Origin: an uncultured candidate division Zixibacteria bacterium
Lineage (GTDB): Bacteria; Zixibacteria; MSB-5A5; UBA10806
Reading direction: 5' to 3'
Assembly (NCBI GenBank): GCA_963817915.1
Contig: CAWFQL010000016.1
Span: 352,001 to 416,000, forward strand
DNA length: 64,000 nucleotides
In this document: piece after piece, positions 61,899 to 64,000 of the stretch
Layout: each line of letters opens with the position of its first letter
How positions within the stretch are numbered: position 1 is the first letter of the stretch
The notes under the pieces: model-generated
What the model was told of the DNA's origin: nothing
Database searches by the model: none
What the model saw: only the letters and a program-made list of their open reading frames with translations
Position numbers and translations under genes: made by a program

Positions 61899-62339
61899 GG
61901 CGCGCACCAGGGCAACATCGAATTCAACTGTTGGCTGGTATGATTCGAGCCTGATTTCGGCGATTTCGATATTATTAATATCTAATTCGCTATGAAGCTT
62001 CTTTAAAAACAATACTTTTTTATGGACAGATTCAACAAGCGTGAATCTTGCATTGGGACGACTGAGGGCAAGCGGGATTGCCGGGAAGCCGGAGCCGGAA
62101 CCGATATCGACAACCTTACAAATATCGGGAATCTCGTTCAGTGGCGCCAGGGAATCAAAAAGATGTCGGGTGATCATCAGGCTGAGATCGTTTTGAGAAA
62201 CCAGGTTCATCCGGCTCGACCAGGACCTAATCAGATCAAAATGTATCTCGACTTTCTGAACAAAGCCGTCATTGATCCCAAATGACCGGGCCCGAAGCCA
62301 CGTGACTATTCTCTCTTTTTCGGCCTGACTTAACGGCAT
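61788..62339 (-). CDS. rsmG: 16S rRNA m7G527 methyltransferase
   Basis: NLVS...RHLFDSL, DIGSGSGFPAIPLA, LVES..KK and RA motifs; synteny mnmG-rsmG-parA-parB. Confidence 0.95.
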   Translation of the reverse strand: MPLSQAEKERIVTWLRARSFGINDGFVQKVEIHFDLIRSWSSRMNLVSQNDLSLMITRHLFDSLAPLNEIPDICKVVDIGSGSGFPAIPLALSRPNARFTLVESVHKKVLFLKKLHSELDINNIEIAEIRLESYQPTVEFDVALVRALPRWEKHLDSIKEIVKPDGKIIYFERVGYYKIIAPR

Positions 62340-62359
62340 TCTAACCCATTTCCTGCCAA

Positions 62360-62375
62360 TGTTTCACGTGAAACA
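62360..62375. promoter_or_regulatory. parS site (perfect palindrome)
   Basis: TGTTTCACGTGAAACA. Confidence 0.95.
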
Positions 62376-62396
62376 TTTCTACAAAAACACGATGAA

Positions 62397-62423
62397 TTGT
62401 TCACAACCCACTATTTATCCACA
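62397..62423 (+). promoter_or_regulatory. DnaA boxes
   Basis: Perfect TTATCCACA at 62415..62423 and degenerate TTGTTCACA at 62397..62405. Confidence 0.6.
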
Positions 62424-62451
62424 TGATTTCAACAATATATGATGATTATTG

Positions 62452-64000
62452 TCATATTTTCCGCCGAAGATGAACCATCAGGACCGCAATGTCGCCGGGG
62501 GATATCCCCGATATTCGGGATGCCTGACCGAGGGTTTCCGGACGAAATTTAGCCAATTTCTCAACCGCTTCGGTTTTGAGGCCGGTTAACTTTTTATAAT
62601 CCAAACTGGTAGGCATCGAATAGCCATCCAACTTCGCCTGACGATCAACTAGCTCCTGCTGACGTTTGACATATCCGCCATAATAGATTTCGTTGGCCAG
62701 CTGACTAAATAGCCTTTCGCCATGCTTGGCCATTAAATTAGATAATATCGGATAGCTATTGATATCGATATGCGGCATTTTCAACGCATCGTAAACCGAG
62801 ACGTTCTTCATCGTCGTATTGCCGTTATCCCGAGTCTCGATTTCGAGTCGCGTTTTCATCATTTCATTGAGCATTTCAGATTTTACAACACTGATTTTGA
62901 GTATGTCTATCGAAAATATTCTGTTTTACCAGCCCGAGACGATAACCTTTTTCCAAAAGCCGCTCTTCGACATTATCCTCCCGCAGATTCAGGCGATATT
63001 CCGCCCGCGATGTAAACATGCGGTACGGTTCCGATGTCGATTTCGTGACCAGATCATCTATCAATACTCCGATATAGGCTTCTGATCGGCTTAATTTGAA
63101 CGGTTCCTCGCCGCGGATCTTCAAGACAGCATTGATTCCGGCCATAAGCCCTTGCGCCGCTGCCTCTTCGTAGCCCGATGTGCCATTAACCTGCCCCGCG
63201 AAATAGAGATTGGCGACGATCTTGGATTCCATCGTAACATATATCTGATGAGGCGGGAAGAAATCATATTCAATAGCGTAGCCGGGGCGGGTCATCTCGA
63301 TATTCTCCAGGCCGGGGATAGTGCGCAATGCCTGCAGTTGAATCTCCTTCGGCAACGATGACGAAAAGCCGTTGAGATAATATTCGGTGGTATTTTTGCC
63401 CTCGGGCTCCAAAAAGAGCTGATGACGGGGCCGTTCGCTGAAACGAACCACCTTATCCTCTATAGAGGGGCAGTAGCGAGGGCCGATCCCCTTGATGACA
63501 CCCGAATAGAGCGGCGAATACTTGAGATTGTCGCTGATTATCCGATGCGTTACGTCATTGGTATAGGTGAGATAGCAGAATACCTGATCGATCCGGCGCG
63601 AATGGTCGCTGCGATTCGAAAAGTATGGCGCAGGCTCATCGCCGGGCTGGGGATCACATTTGGCGAAATCGATAGTGCGGCCATCGAGACGGGCGGGGTG
63701 CCGGTCTTGAGCCGTCCGGTGGTGATGCCGAACGACTGAGATACTCTGGGATAGCCCGACCGCTGGCGGCTCATCGATACGCCCTGCCGGGAAATGCTCT
63801 AAGCCGATATGTATCAAACCATTAAGGAAGGTGCCAGAGGTGATAACGACAGCCCCGGCGGTGATATTATCGCCATCAGACAGCCTAACCCCTTGACAGA
63901 CATTGCCTTGCGTGATCAGCCCGACAACCTCGCCCTCGATAACCGTAAGCTGTTCTTGGGCTTGCACGGTTTCGGCCATGACCTGCGAATAGAGGGCTCT
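62452..64000 (-). CDS. mnmG: tRNA uridine-5-carboxymethylaminomethyl modification enzyme MnmG (GidA), 5' part outside window, with apparent frameshifts
   Basis: GTFLNG, RLKTGTP (alternate frame), GPRYCPSIEDK, GQVNGTSGYEEAAAQG, PYRMFTSRAEYRL and GQASRISG motifs. Confidence 0.95.

Noticed and set aside
62452..64000. Programmed frameshifting or real pseudogenisation of mnmG and other split genes (16240, 26605, 30620, 40770, 44700)
   Set aside because: Scattered single-base indels in unrelated and highly conserved genes are better explained by long-read consensus errors. This cannot be settled without reads.

Overview
A 64 kb bacterial chromosomal segment, most likely from an FCB-superphylum organism. 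The dockerin-like tail and many T9SS/FlgD-type C-terminal sorting domains suggest a Zixibacteria-like lineage (inference). The left third holds secreted proteins and two accessory blocks (alpha-2-macroglobulin + PBP1C; Ser/Thr kinase + FHA-GAF-PP2C) stacked behind a tRNA-Met gene. Each block ends in a decayed copy of the tRNA 3' half, and no integrase is visible. The middle holds nnr, a RAYT transposase with an SRA-like HNH nuclease, cstA, ppdK, a tandem array of four secreted beta-helix paralogs and various small enzymes. The right end is the origin-proximal mnmG-rsmG-parA-parB-M23-bactofilin cluster with two parS sites and DnaA boxes. The window has two RAYT genes and many distinct GTAG-REP families. 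The most striking observation is a 207-bp tandem array behind rsmG in which each REP doublet is joined to a start-less copy of the last 37 rsmG codons. These copies differ almost only at synonymous sites, so they look like archived functional alleles. Many frameshifts, including in mnmG, suggest long-read indel errors, so pseudogene calls are tentative.
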